Source: Candidatus Odyssella sp. (lineage in GTDB: Bacteria > Pseudomonadota > Alphaproteobacteria > Paracaedibacterales > CAITNM01). From it: a DNA stretch of 64,000 nucleotides. The stretch is from the NCBI GenBank assembly GCA_020726185.1, contig DYTB01000002.1, forward strand, positions 3,188 to 67,187, read 5' to 3'. Positions 26,676 through 36,833 of the stretch are shown piece after piece. A program made the translations under genes and the position numbers. The notes beneath the pieces were generated by a model. That model did no database searches. It was given only the letters and a program-made list of their open reading frames with translations, and was not told the origin of the DNA. Position 1 is the first letter of the stretch. Each line of letters opens with the position of its first letter.

Positions 26676-28277
26676 ATGTTCAAATATTTTCTTATTGTTC
26701 AAATTATTTGTAGTTTTGCACTCTCTGCTGCAACGATCACAGAGCAACGTATCAACAAAATTTTGCCTCAGTTTGTACAGTATATAGAGAAAAATATGCC
26801 AACATGGGCCATTCCAGGAATGGCAATAGTGATTGTTACCCCAGATAAAGTTTTGTTGAGCAAGGGGTTTGGTACAAGAGAAGTAGGAAAAAATAAGCCC
26901 GTTAACGAGCACACACTTTTTCAAGTAGCGTCGCTTACCAAAAATTTTACAGCTTCTCTCGCTGGAATACTTGAAGCAAAAAAATTCTTTTCACTGCAAG
27001 ACTCAGTTAGGAAATATATACCTGACTTTAAACTGGCCAATAAGGAAGCTTCCGAACACGCAACCCTACAAGATTTAATCAGTCATCGCATGGGAATTGG
27101 AAGCTTTGCAGGTGATAGTTTAATGAAAGTCGGGCTTTCAACAAAAGAAATTATAGAAAAAATTCACCAAATTCCATTTGATAGTCGATTTAGAGAAGAC
27201 TACACGTACAGTAATCAAATGTTTGGCTTCATGGGGTTGGTCATGGAAGAGGTTACACACAAGAGCTATGAAGAGCTTTTAAGAGAATATATCTATCAAC
27301 CATTAGGCATGACAAGAAGCTCTGCCGGACACACACTTATTAAACAAGAGAATTCACTGTGGAACTCAGTGAAAAGAATTTTTGGATTTGATGAAAATAT
27401 AGCTCTTTGCCATGATAAAGATTTAGAAGGTAATGCGGTTTGCATAGGGCTCGATCCTTTAGTATATGTATTTCCATCCACTTCAGGCATTAACACAAGC
27501 GCAAATGACTTTGGAATTTGGCTTCAATGTCAGTTAAATGATGGAAAGCATAATGGCGTTCAAATTATTCCAGAGGAACACATAAATGCCATGCGCAAAT
27601 CTGTGGTTAAGCACACAAAAATTAAACCGAAAGATATGCAATTCCCCCCAGAATTAATGAAAGATGTGGGATATGGAATGGGCTGGTTTATGTACGACTA
27701 TGGGGTTGGAGAAAATACTGCGCATGTATTTGAACATATGGGGGGATATACAGGACAACGAAGCTTTATGTTTATGTGTCCTTCTGCTGGCTTTGCTGTT
27801 GGCATTTTAACCAATCTAGGGCATTTCAATTTGAACTTATTTCCGGAAGCCTTACGTAATGTCTTTTTAAATTTCTTCTTGGAACTTGAAGAGCGAGACT
27901 GGAGTAAAGAATATTTAGAAAAAAAGGATCAGACTTTTAAAAAAATAATTGCACAAAGATCCAATAAGAAGCTTCAGAGCCCATCTCCCAAAAAAGCTGA
28001 TAAATTTTATGTGGGCACCTACACTAATGAGCTGTACGGAGAAATGAAAATTGAAGCAACAGAAAATGGGTTGCGGCTTAAAATAAAAGATAATTCATGC
28101 AAAATTGTGCACTGGAATGCCGATGAATTTACGCTTAATGGCTGGGAGTTTAACGGCAACATGTCGCGCACAGACCCACACTTTATTGAATTTGGATCAG
28201 ATGAAAAAGGGCAAACACTCGCTTATGTAAGCTTTTTGCATGAAGGAAGCAATCCTATCTTTAAAAAGATTAGCTAA
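26676..28277 (+). CDS. serine hydrolase, beta-lactamase/penicillin-binding-protein family (class C-like)
   Basis: Signal peptide, SxxK motif in FQVASLTKNFTA, a YSN motif and a 533-aa length with a C-terminal extension. Confidence 0.8.
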   Translation: MFKYFLIVQIICSFALSAATITEQRINKILPQFVQYIEKNMPTWAIPGMAIVIVTPDKVLLSKGFGTREVGKNKPVNEHTLFQVASLTKNFTASLAGILEAKKFFSLQDSVRKYIPDFKLANKEASEHATLQDLISHRMGIGSFAGDSLMKVGLSTKEIIEKIHQIPFDSRFREDYTYSNQMFGFMGLVMEEVTHKSYEELLREYIYQPLGMTRSSAGHTLIKQENSLWNSVKRIFGFDENIALCHDKDLEGNAVCIGLDPLVYVFPSTSGINTSANDFGIWLQCQLNDGKHNGVQIIPEEHINAMRKSVVKHTKIKPKDMQFPPELMKDVGYGMGWFMYDYGVGENTAHVFEHMGGYTGQRSFMFMCPSAGFAVGILTNLGHFNLNLFPEALRNVFLNFFLELEERDWSKEYLEKKDQTFKKIIAQRSNKKLQSPSPKKADKFYVGTYTNELYGEMKIEATENGLRLKIKDNSCKIVHWNADEFTLNGWEFNGNMSRTDPHFIEFGSDEKGQTLAYVSFLHEGSNPIFKKIS

Positions 28278-29877
28278 TCGGTGATAGCGCCCATTTTACA
28301 GATGTTTGTTGATTAGCATTTAAAGGAAATGTTACACACAATGCATTAAAACCCAGAACGTCTACCACATGTAACTGTGCATCAGCTTGGCATAAAAATT
28401 TTTTCAAATGTTCTGGTTTTTGTGATTTTTCTTCGCTAGTTTTTCTGCATAAGAAGGCGCTTTCGGTTTCTTGGACTATTCGCCACTCTAGCTCTGGAGC
28501 TGCTAAAAAACGTACACTCCCCTGCCCCAGTTGAGATAAAATAAAAAATTCTTCTCCTCGGATATCACCGTTTGGAGAAATATACAAATCTCGCTTAACC
28601 TGTAAAACAGCACCATATAAGTCATTCTTATTTGGACTGCAATTTATTTGGTATTCTCCTGAGAAAAACGCATGACCTTTTTCATGAATAATTTCATTTT
28701 TGAGAGTTTGCTTTTTTTTCTGTTCTAGGTGCATGAAATGATTTGAATCGTGCGCATGCACGCTTGCGTCACATCGAGTAAGCAACCGCTGCGCCCTTTC
28801 TGACCACTCAAAATCTAAAGCGCCGGTAGATTTTACATACCAATCATGAAGAGTTGTGTTGAGGGTTGTGGGTTGAGTATTGATTAAAATAAATCCTGGC
28901 TTAGTTGAGCAGCGAACATATCCCATGGCAACAGGTTCAGGCAGCACCACACGGCTATCAGCCAAGGATAGAGCCATATCTATTAGACCATCACCCAGCA
29001 CAGGACTACAAAAAGCTTCTAATCGTTGCGTTGCATTGCCAGTAAATGAACTTAATGCGCCATCTCCATGACGGAGGTGCCTAACAATTGGCGCCAGATG
29101 AATGATGTAATCATTTAAATAATCAACCTGCCCTGCGTAGAAATGACGAAGCAGCAAACGTAAATCGATTAGATCACGCAATAACAGAACAACAGTTCCG
29201 GGATGGCGCGATTGCTGATTAAAATTGTCATCAAGCTGTTCTTGTAAGCATTTATGTAAATTTTCGATCCATTTGCCTAGCTGATTTTGCTCTCCAGGAA
29301 GCGCACATCCAGCATAAATCAACCCTTTTAATGCACGAAAGCGACTAATAGGGTCTTTCAAACTGGGGTATCGTCGCTTTAAAAAACGATACTGCTGACC
29401 AATTGAGGAAATGAGTTTTTTACGAAACAATTGATTCGCGCTATGAGCAAAAAATTCATAAAACCCCAACCAATTACAAAGACGATATCCTAAAATATCA
29501 AGGTTCCAGCTTGGACTTCTCCAGGGTTTATTCGACCACTGACTATTGTTTTCTATCCAATGGGTAATGCACTGCCTTGTAAGACGCCGACTATTATTAT
29601 CGCCAAGAGTGTGTAGATCGCGTATGAAATCGAAGGTATGCAAGCATACAGTTGGAGGATCCATTTTTGGTTCGGCTAAATTTTTGAGAACTTCAGCTAT
29701 TGTTAGGGTTGCGCCACACACTTGGTAAAGGCCAGCGCTTAAACTCCTGACATTCCATGCAATAGAAGGCCAGCTGTCTTGATGAATATCTCTAAGCTGC
29801 CCATGCACAGATTTTCGCAACACAAAGCCATACAAGTGACTTCGAGTACACCAATCATGCAATATGTTCAACATCAA
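28270..29877 (-). CDS. heparinase II/III-like family protein
   Basis: HTFDFIRDLHTLG, RQCITHWIENN, WNLDILGYRLCNWL and LRHGDGALSSFTGN resemble the conserved blocks of alpha-proteobacterial heparinase II/III-like proteins. Assigned by motif recall only. Confidence 0.55.
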   Translation of the reverse strand: MMLNILHDWCTRSHLYGFVLRKSVHGQLRDIHQDSWPSIAWNVRSLSAGLYQVCGATLTIAEVLKNLAEPKMDPPTVCLHTFDFIRDLHTLGDNNSRRLTRQCITHWIENNSQWSNKPWRSPSWNLDILGYRLCNWLGFYEFFAHSANQLFRKKLISSIGQQYRFLKRRYPSLKDPISRFRALKGLIYAGCALPGEQNQLGKWIENLHKCLQEQLDDNFNQQSRHPGTVVLLLRDLIDLRLLLRHFYAGQVDYLNDYIIHLAPIVRHLRHGDGALSSFTGNATQRLEAFCSPVLGDGLIDMALSLADSRVVLPEPVAMGYVRCSTKPGFILINTQPTTLNTTLHDWYVKSTGALDFEWSERAQRLLTRCDASVHAHDSNHFMHLEQKKKQTLKNEIIHEKGHAFFSGEYQINCSPNKNDLYGAVLQVKRDLYISPNGDIRGEEFFILSQLGQGSVRFLAAPELEWRIVQETESAFLCRKTSEEKSQKPEHLKKFLCQADAQLHVVDVLGFNALCVTFPLNANQQTSVKWALSPIS

Positions 29878-30013
29878 GTCTGCATTTTTTTATTAACTAA
29901 TTAAGGGTAGCAAAAAGAAAATTTTATTGAAACAGGCGTGGCGGCTCAATGATAAAAAAATAAAAATTTTCCCGTCCCTTTATATCAAAGAACGGGAAAA
30001 AATTAGTTATGAA

Positions 30014-30499
30014 TTACGCAGCTTCTTCATAAACAGCCACAGGAATTCCTGGCTCTGCTTTAGCGTTACCCATTACAATTGTTGTCTGAACACGTTCAAC
30101 GTTGCTCAGATTTAGTAATGTTTTAGATAGAACATTTTGATAATGCTCAAAGTCTTGAGCAACAATCTTCAACAAGAAATCATCTTCACCACTTATGCGG
30201 TAGCATTCACGAACCAAATCGATGCCATGCATAGCTTTTTCAAATGAGCTGAGTTGTGCTTCACTGTTTTCTTTTAGCCCAACAGAAGCAAAAAGAGTGA
30301 TGTTGTAGCTAAGTGATTTTGGATTGAGGTTAGCTTGGTATCCTTGAATAACGCCACCATCTTCCAAATTTTTCAATCGGCGTAAGCATGGTGGAGCAGA
30401 TATTCCCACACGCTTTGCTAAATCCACATTAGTCATACGTCCTGACTTTTGTAGAATTTGTAAAATTTTTAAATCAATAGTATCAAGTTTCGTAATCAA
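30014..30499 (-). CDS. Lrp/AsnC family transcriptional regulator
   Basis: LDTIDLKILQILQKSGRMTNVDLAKRVGISAPPCLRRLKNLEDGGVIQGY HTH plus a C-terminal RAM domain. TTG start. Confidence 0.9.
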   Translation of the reverse strand: MITKLDTIDLKILQILQKSGRMTNVDLAKRVGISAPPCLRRLKNLEDGGVIQGYQANLNPKSLSYNITLFASVGLKENSEAQLSSFEKAMHGIDLVRECYRISGEDDFLLKIVAQDFEHYQNVLSKTLLNLSNVERVQTTIVMGNAKAEPGIPVAVYEEAA

Positions 30500-30602
30500 C
30501 GACTTCTCCTTTAATTGATAAATTTTTTTCTATTATAAGACAATTATTGTAAAAGTTAAGAAATTTTTAATTAAATTTCACGATGATGGTGGTAGAAGAA
30601 AA

Positions 30603-31124
30603 GTGGGAACACTGATGACAGATAAATCTGAAAACGCTGATCAGACCAGCTATACCTTGAAAAATGAGATAGAAGAACTTGTTGAAAGAGGTATTGGAAA
30701 GAAAAAAGTATCTTCAAAAGTGTTGCTTGTAAACACCATTCTGTTCATTATTTTGCTCTTTTGTGTTGGTAGTTGGTTTATTTATGATCATTTTTCAGAT
30801 CATAATACAACCCACCGTGAAATCAATTGCTACGTTTCCATTCCAGAAATTGTTGTTAATCTCCGCTCTGTAAACCCTAAGGGAAACATTCTGCGAGCAA
30901 CCTTTAATTTGCAAATTTATAATAAAGATGACGAAGAAAGAATAAGGAACTTCATACCCATTATTCTTGATCAGCTATTGTCTTATTTGCGCGACCAATC
31001 AATAAGCGACCTTGAAGGGCCTGGCCTTGAACGTATGCGAGAAGCAATACTTTTACGCATTAGCAATATTGTGCGACCGATTAAAATTCATCGGGTAATC
31101 CTTAAAGATTTTATTATTCAGTAG
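30603..31124 (+). CDS. fliL: flagellar basal-body-associated protein FliL
   Basis: A single TM, then YVSIPEIVVNLRS...LRATFNLQIYN...IPIILDQLLSYLR...IHRVILKDFIIQ, the FliL pattern. It lies directly upstream of fliM. Confidence 0.8.
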   Translation: MGTLMTDKSENADQTSYTLKNEIEELVERGIGKKKVSSKVLLVNTILFIILLFCVGSWFIYDHFSDHNTTHREINCYVSIPEIVVNLRSVNPKGNILRATFNLQIYNKDDEERIRNFIPIILDQLLSYLRDQSISDLEGPGLERMREAILLRISNIVRPIKIHRVILKDFIIQ

Positions 31125-31130
31125 GCACAC

Positions 31131-32129
31131 ATGGAATATACCACAGGAAGAACTCCTTTAAGCATGTCAAACACACTCTCTGATGTTTTAAATCATGAAG
31201 ACGTAGCCAAGCTTACAGAAAAAGAAAATCAACACAAAAAAATAGCAGCAATTCTTGAGGGTGGAAAAATCCATTCAGAGCGCTTGCCAATTTTAGACGT
31301 GGTGTTTGATCGTTTGGTTAGGCTTCTAACAACATCACTGCGTAATTTCACATCTGATAATGTTGATGTAAGCTGTGCACGTGTTACATCCGTTCGTTTT
31401 TCAGATTACCTTAATGCTATTCCCCTTCCCAGTTTGATTGGCGTATTTAAAGCTAAGCAATGGGACACTCCTGCATTGATCACTATTGATAGTCAGCTTG
31501 TCTATTCAATAGTTGATGTGCTTCTAGGAGGCAGAAAGAGCACACAAACTACCAGTCGAGCAGAAGGACGTCCTTATACAACCCTTGAAAGAAATTTAAT
31601 TGAAAGACTTATTGCAGTCATATTAACTGACCTAACCAAAGCCTTTTCGCCAATATGCGCTGTTGATTTTCAATATGAAAGATTAGAGACTAATCCTCGT
31701 TTTGCAGCAGTAGTACACGAAAAAAATGTCACAATGAAATTTGTCTTCAAATTGGAAATGGAAGACCGAAGTGGGCACTTTGACATTGTAATCCCCTACT
31801 CTAGCGTTGAACCCATACGCGATTTACTGATTCAAAATTTTATGGGTGAAAAATTTGGCTGTGATCAAATTTGGGAAGATCATTTGGCAGATCGAATACG
31901 TGAAGCTGAAGTAAGTCTTGAAGCAGCGTTACCCACAGAAGTATTTAGCCTAAAAGACGTGTTGAGCTGGAAAAAAGGCTCACAGATTGTACTTTCTTCT
32001 GATATGCAAAGCCCAATTCATTTGCGTAGTCAAAATCATCAGCTTCTATTGGGGAAGCTGGGACAAAAGAATGGGCATGTAGCCGTTAAAGTAGATGATA
32101 TTTTATTTGGTAAGAACGGAGAGATATAA
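31131..32129 (+). CDS. fliM: flagellar motor switch protein FliM
   Basis: 332 aa. LPILDVVFDRLVRLLTTSLRNF, the LVYSIVDVLLGG block and a C-terminal SpoA-like domain. Confidence 0.9.
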   Translation: MEYTTGRTPLSMSNTLSDVLNHEDVAKLTEKENQHKKIAAILEGGKIHSERLPILDVVFDRLVRLLTTSLRNFTSDNVDVSCARVTSVRFSDYLNAIPLPSLIGVFKAKQWDTPALITIDSQLVYSIVDVLLGGRKSTQTTSRAEGRPYTTLERNLIERLIAVILTDLTKAFSPICAVDFQYERLETNPRFAAVVHEKNVTMKFVFKLEMEDRSGHFDIVIPYSSVEPIRDLLIQNFMGEKFGCDQIWEDHLADRIREAEVSLEAALPTEVFSLKDVLSWKKGSQIVLSSDMQSPIHLRSQNHQLLLGKLGQKNGHVAVKVDDILFGKNGEI

Positions 32130-32638
32130 TGATGTGGTTAGATGTTGGTATTATTTTCTTGTTGATGATTGCGGTTGGATTTTGTTACCGACTTAGCGAT
32201 AGGTTGCAGTCTTTAAAAGGTTTCACTACTGTTTTGGCCCCTTCTATTGAGCGATTGACCCAAGTTTTAAATGGCGCAAACCAAGCGATTGGCTATTTAA
32301 AGCAAGCAACAGAAACAAGTCAAAAAGGAATAGAAACCTATATTCCAAACGCACAAGCAATAAGCGAAGATGTTGTTTTATTAATTGAACACGCTGATAG
32401 GATTAGTTACCGCCTTGATGACCTTATTGTCAAAGCTGGTGAAATTGAAAAAAACCTTCGTCAAACGGTTCTTGTAAGCATGCGCCAAACTGAAAAACAG
32501 GCAGAACTTAACCCTGAAATACAAATAAACAAAGCTACTGACCCTAGGGACTTATTCGTGCAACGTGTCATTTCGCGGTATCCAAAAGACGCAGGAGTGA
32601 CACATACTCCTGTGCAAGAACAAACTCAGAGTCAGTAA
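32129..32638 (+). CDS. hypothetical membrane protein of the flagellar cluster
   Basis: The start overlaps the fliM stop (ATAATGATG). It has one N-terminal TM and a coiled-coil remainder. Its position between fliM and the motE-like gene suggests a flagellar role. Confidence 0.45.
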   Translation: MMWLDVGIIFLLMIAVGFCYRLSDRLQSLKGFTTVLAPSIERLTQVLNGANQAIGYLKQATETSQKGIETYIPNAQAISEDVVLLIEHADRISYRLDDLIVKAGEIEKNLRQTVLVSMRQTEKQAELNPEIQINKATDPRDLFVQRVISRYPKDAGVTHTPVQEQTQSQ

Positions 32639-32641
32639 TAG

Positions 32642-33229
32642 ATGAGAATGGAGTTTATTAACATGTGGATTCCCGCTTTTGCGAGAATGACAAAGACAGC
32701 AGTTCTTGCCGCTGTGCTTTCAGCAGCCCCTAGCAATGAAAAGCCCGATGTGGAAGCTTCTAAACAAGAAACAACTAAGCCCCCAAAAGAAGCAAAAATA
32801 ACATTTGATCCTTTAAATGAAAGCGCGCCAGAAGAAATAGTTCTTTTTCAAGAGCTTGCAAAAAGGTCGAAGGAAATTAATGCAAGGGAAGAAGCTTTAA
32901 AGCAGCAAGCCTTGTTATTAAAAGCAGCTGAGTCTTCCATGAATGAAAAACTAAAGTATTTTGATTTGTTAAAACAAGACCTATTAAAAATGCTTGATAA
33001 GCTTAAAGAAAAAGATGAAAAGCAGCTTGAAGACTTGGTAAAAGTGTACAGTGTTATGAAACCTAAGCTAGCTGCCAATATTTTAAATTTAATGGATATG
33101 CCCATTTTAAAAGAGATTGTAAAACGAATGGGCAAGAAAAAGGCCGCCCTAATTTTGGCGGCCATGGATGCAAAAAAAGTGAAGGATCTTTGCCAAATGT
33201 TGGCGAAAGAAAGCCAAAATATCAGTTAG
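32642..33229 (+). CDS. MotE/FlbB-like flagellar protein (MgtE_N-like repeat)
   Basis: C-terminal MKPKLAANILNLMDMPILKEIVKRMGKKKAALILAAMDAKKV matches the MotE-family pattern. Coiled coil in the N-terminal half. Confidence 0.6.
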   Translation: MRMEFINMWIPAFARMTKTAVLAAVLSAAPSNEKPDVEASKQETTKPPKEAKITFDPLNESAPEEIVLFQELAKRSKEINAREEALKQQALLLKAAESSMNEKLKYFDLLKQDLLKMLDKLKEKDEKQLEDLVKVYSVMKPKLAANILNLMDMPILKEIVKRMGKKKAALILAAMDAKKVKDLCQMLAKESQNIS

Positions 33230-34509
33230 AGTTCTTCTGCCCCCTCAGCTATTCGCTGAACTGAAGAACTACTATCAAATGATGCGCCACCAGTCTCTAG
33301 CAAAGGACGATGTGGACCAGTGGGACACATAGCATTTTGAATAAGAGTGTTTAGTAGCGGAAATTCCCATCCCCACATAGCTATTCTGGGAGAATCTGCA
33401 GACAAATGTCGAACTCTTTCAGTGCCAAAATCAATTTGTGTATGGGTTACTCTAAAAGAAGGTAATGATTTTGAATCAAAAATATTCGATAATCCTCTGT
33501 GCAATTCGCGAAGGTCTTCTACATCAATGTCATCTCCTTGCCCAAAAAGCGCTGAAGTTTTTTTATTAGCATTACCACGCATGTAATTGAAAAATGTAGA
33601 GCATGTTGTTTTAAACAGTTGAGCAGCAAGCTCTTCTTTTGCATCAAAAATATCTTCCACTTTTTCTGAGATAGTGAATTGACCTGCTGTTTGATGTAAG
33701 GTGATCTCTATCATTTGGCAAAGAACATCGTTATCAAGAATCTCTGGTTGGTATGGTTGAATTCTTTGCCAAATTTTTCCTTTTGGGAAAAGAGCTGCTT
33801 TTACTTTTCTTATATATTTATTTGCAATTTGATCAAAATCTATTGTTAGAGCTTTAGGTTGCTGTACTAGAGAAGCTGGCACATAAAATTGCTTGCATAG
33901 TGACTGCATTTGCTGACCAAAAACGCCGGCTGCAGCATAATTTAGTGCAGTTAGAATATCACTTAAGTCGACAGTAACCGGCTGTGGCTCACCACTTCTT
34001 CTGACCAAAGCAGTAGAGTCACTTGTTGCTATTTTTCTATCTGCATAACGCTTAAACAATTGAAGAACCATAGCCAAATCTTCAGCTTGGTTGCCAGTTA
34101 ATTGTAACGCTACAATTTCTCTTCTAAGTGTAACGCGACCTGGCGTATCTTTTGCATTTGCTCGAGAGTTAAGTTTTTTAATCGGACTATCAAAACGCCC
34201 CCCCTCATTTAAAGCACTGCCTAGATTTTCTTTTGTAGCGATAACATCTACTTCAGATGAAGATGCTGATTGCTTTGATAGTTGTTCTTGAAGCTCTACT
34301 GCTTGTTTTTTGTATCTTTCAGCTGCTTTTCTTGATTGCGCATGGTTTAACTTGGAAATATCTTCTTCCATTGCATTTGCACTAAACGCGCTAACAACAA
34401 ACCCAACAATCAATATTTTTCCAGCTAACAATCCCAAACAAGACCCTATATCACTTGTTCTGGCCATTAAATTCTCTTTAGATAACATCTTCATTCGAAA
34501 CCTTAACAT
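33226..34509 (-). CDS. hypothetical membrane-anchored protein (ORFan)
   Basis: 427 aa. Anchor IGSCLGLLAGKILIVGFVVSAFSANA and a coiled coil. No motif recognised. Confidence 0.5.
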   Translation of the reverse strand: MLRFRMKMLSKENLMARTSDIGSCLGLLAGKILIVGFVVSAFSANAMEEDISKLNHAQSRKAAERYKKQAVELQEQLSKQSASSSEVDVIATKENLGSALNEGGRFDSPIKKLNSRANAKDTPGRVTLRREIVALQLTGNQAEDLAMVLQLFKRYADRKIATSDSTALVRRSGEPQPVTVDLSDILTALNYAAAGVFGQQMQSLCKQFYVPASLVQQPKALTIDFDQIANKYIRKVKAALFPKGKIWQRIQPYQPEILDNDVLCQMIEITLHQTAGQFTISEKVEDIFDAKEELAAQLFKTTCSTFFNYMRGNANKKTSALFGQGDDIDVEDLRELHRGLSNIFDSKSLPSFRVTHTQIDFGTERVRHLSADSPRIAMWGWEFPLLNTLIQNAMCPTGPHRPLLETGGASFDSSSSVQRIAEGAEEL

Positions 34510-34595
34510 TTTTCATACTCCATATTTTTGCACGGTTGATAAATACAAGAATTTGTGCAAAAAGTCAATGTAGTACCCTTAATTTTCTTTAACGC

Positions 34596-35267
34596 ATGCT
34601 CTCAATTTTGAATATTTCACACTCATACACGCAAGGTGATAATACTTTAAACATTTTAAATGGTTGTTCATTGAATGTTAATGGCGGAGAAGTTGTTGCG
34701 TTGGTTGGCAATAGTGGTGCAGGAAAGACCACCCTTTTGCAGTTGGTGGGTCTTTTAGAGCAACCACAGAGCGGGGATATACAAGTTCAAGGACAGTCCA
34801 CTCGCACGCTGAATGATGAAAGTCGTACCCTATTGAGGCGTCATACTTATGGATTTGTCTATCAGTTTCACCATTTGTTGCCCGAATTTAGTGCTATGGA
34901 AAACGTGATGTTACCACAACTTATTGCTGGCGTTAGCAAACAAGCGGCTAAAAACCGAGCTTGTGAGCTGCTGCAGACGCTAGGCTTAGGTCATAGGTTG
35001 GAACACCGCCCAAAGCAACTATCAGGTGGTGAGCAGCAGCGAGTGGCCATTGCGCGTGCCCTGGCAAACAACCCCAAAATACTACTTGCTGATGAACCAA
35101 CGGGGAATTTAGACCCATCAACTGCATCTGAAGTGTTTAGTATGCTAGTAAAGCTGGTCAAAGACCAAGGAATTGCCGCAATTATTGCGACCCATAATCA
35201 TGCTCTCGCACATTCTATGGACCGCTTCGTTGAGCTTAAAGAAGGCAAATTACATGAGTCACGCTAG
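34596..35267 (+). CDS. lolD: lipoprotein-releasing ABC transporter ATP-binding protein LolD
   Basis: Walker A GNSGAGKTTLL, the FVYQFHHLLPEFSAMENV LolD motif, the LSGGEQQRVAIARAL signature and Walker B LLADEPTGNLD. Confidence 0.85.
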   Translation: MLSILNISHSYTQGDNTLNILNGCSLNVNGGEVVALVGNSGAGKTTLLQLVGLLEQPQSGDIQVQGQSTRTLNDESRTLLRRHTYGFVYQFHHLLPEFSAMENVMLPQLIAGVSKQAAKNRACELLQTLGLGHRLEHRPKQLSGGEQQRVAIARALANNPKILLADEPTGNLDPSTASEVFSMLVKLVKDQGIAAIIATHNHALAHSMDRFVELKEGKLHESR

Positions 35268-35940
35268 TGTATCATTAAAATTAAAACAGATAGCTGAAAG
35301 CACGGCGGCACCGCTGGGTACGTTTTTCAAAACAGGGCCAGGTGATTACGCAGAGCATGATCAGTTTATTGGCATATCTGTGCCAAATCTCAGAAAGCTA
35401 GCTAAAGAATTTGAACATATTGGCTTAGATAACCTACACGTATTGCTGCATTCAAAAATTAATGAAGAACGCTTATTTGCATTAATAGTTTTAACCAACA
35501 GGTACGCAGCTGAACCAGATGCTGTCTATCAGTTTTACATGGATAATATTCAACAGGTAAACAATTGGAATTTGGTTGATGCCTCGGCACATTTAATTGT
35601 AGGCAAACATTTGCATAAAAAAGACAAAGACATTTTGCATGCCCTAGCAAATTCAAGGGTTATGTGGGAACGCAGAGTAGCAATTGTTGCAACGTGGCAT
35701 TTTATAAAAATGAATGAATTCGAATGGACGCTAAAATTGGCAAAGATATTGCTTACGGATTCTCACGATTTAATTCATAAAGCGGTTGGGTGGATGCTAC
35801 GAGAAATTGGTAAAAAAGACGTTGAACCATTAAAAGCATTTTTAAAACAACACGCTGCAACCATGCCCCGCACAATGTTACGCTATGCAATTGAAAAATT
35901 CCCTGAAGTCGAACGGCAACATTTTTTAAAGCGTACTTAA
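35254..35940 (+). CDS. DNA alkylation repair protein (AlkD-like HEAT-repeat glycosylase family)
   Basis: NNWNLVDASAH, WERRVAIVATWHF, HKAVGWMLREIGK and PRTMLRYAIEKF match the DNA alkylation repair family. I chose the start at ATG 35254, overlapping the lolD stop. Confidence 0.75.
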   Translation: MSHASVSLKLKQIAESTAAPLGTFFKTGPGDYAEHDQFIGISVPNLRKLAKEFEHIGLDNLHVLLHSKINEERLFALIVLTNRYAAEPDAVYQFYMDNIQQVNNWNLVDASAHLIVGKHLHKKDKDILHALANSRVMWERRVAIVATWHFIKMNEFEWTLKLAKILLTDSHDLIHKAVGWMLREIGKKDVEPLKAFLKQHAATMPRTMLRYAIEKFPEVERQHFLKRT

Positions 35941-36369
35941 CACTTTTCTCATGTGTAAGTGAGGAATGTTTACTTCCATAAAATACTCACCTTCGGGTAC
36001 ATATCCTTTTTTTGTATAAAAGGGCACGGCGTACTCACGCGCATGGCAATGAATAGATTGGTATCCTTTTTCGATTGCATAACTTTCGCAAAAATCAACC
36101 AGTTTTGAACCTATGCCTTGCCCTTGCATGCATGAGTGCACAGCTACTTGTCGCATTTTACAAGCAGACTGTTCTGGCACTAAACTAGCCGTGGCGATTA
36201 GCTTATTATCACTGAATCCAACTAGGTGTATGTGATGTGCTTCTTTTTCAAGTTCTTCCGGGGAAAATACTAGTCCTAGTGGGGTACGTAATACTTCTTG
36301 TCGCAATGCGACTGAAGCTTCATAATCTGATGTTCCGTAAGTAATAACTTTAAAAAAGATAGAGTTCAT
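35926..36369 (-). CDS. GNAT family N-acetyltransferase
   Basis: VAVHSCMQGQGIGSKLV...FYTKKGY motifs. The start abuts the marR stop. Confidence 0.8.
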   Translation of the reverse strand: MNSIFFKVITYGTSDYEASVALRQEVLRTPLGLVFSPEELEKEAHHIHLVGFSDNKLIATASLVPEQSACKMRQVAVHSCMQGQGIGSKLVDFCESYAIEKGYQSIHCHAREYAVPFYTKKGYVPEGEYFMEVNIPHLHMRKVLSTL

Positions 36370-36824
36370 TATTCCACCAATAATGCCAACGCTTGAGTAA
36401 GTTGTTTTTGGTCAGCTTTTTCCAAGCCTCCAAAAAATTGCGCATCAACTGCTTCAACAATTGGTACCAGTTGCTGAATCAGTGCCCTACCCTTATTTGT
36501 TAGATGTGTGACTTTGGTACGAGAATCCTTAGGGCTTTCAATTCTTGTAATGAATTCTTTGTCACCAAGCGTATTCAGCGCTTTAGAAACAGTCATTTTA
36601 TCAAGCTTTGACATTTTCACAAGCACCGCTTGGGTTGACTGTTTATGATGTTCTTCAATCCACAAAAGAATTGCCATAAGCACAAATTGCGCGTGAGCAA
36701 CGCCGTAGGGTTCAATAACTTTTTTAATTAATCGCTGCCAAACAACCGTTGCTTGCCACAAGCAAAAACCTGGGCTGTGCTGTGGCCTCTTCAAACTCGA
36801 AAGACGTTTTGGCCATTTGGGCAA
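36369..36824 (-). CDS. MarR family transcriptional regulator
   Basis: Winged-helix pattern AHAQFVLMAIL...KMSKLDKMTVSKALNTLGDKEFITRIESPKDSRTKVTHLTNKG. Confidence 0.85.
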   Translation of the reverse strand: MPKWPKRLSSLKRPQHSPGFCLWQATVVWQRLIKKVIEPYGVAHAQFVLMAILLWIEEHHKQSTQAVLVKMSKLDKMTVSKALNTLGDKEFITRIESPKDSRTKVTHLTNKGRALIQQLVPIVEAVDAQFFGGLEKADQKQLTQALALLVE

Positions 36825-36833
36825 GTGCCTGCG

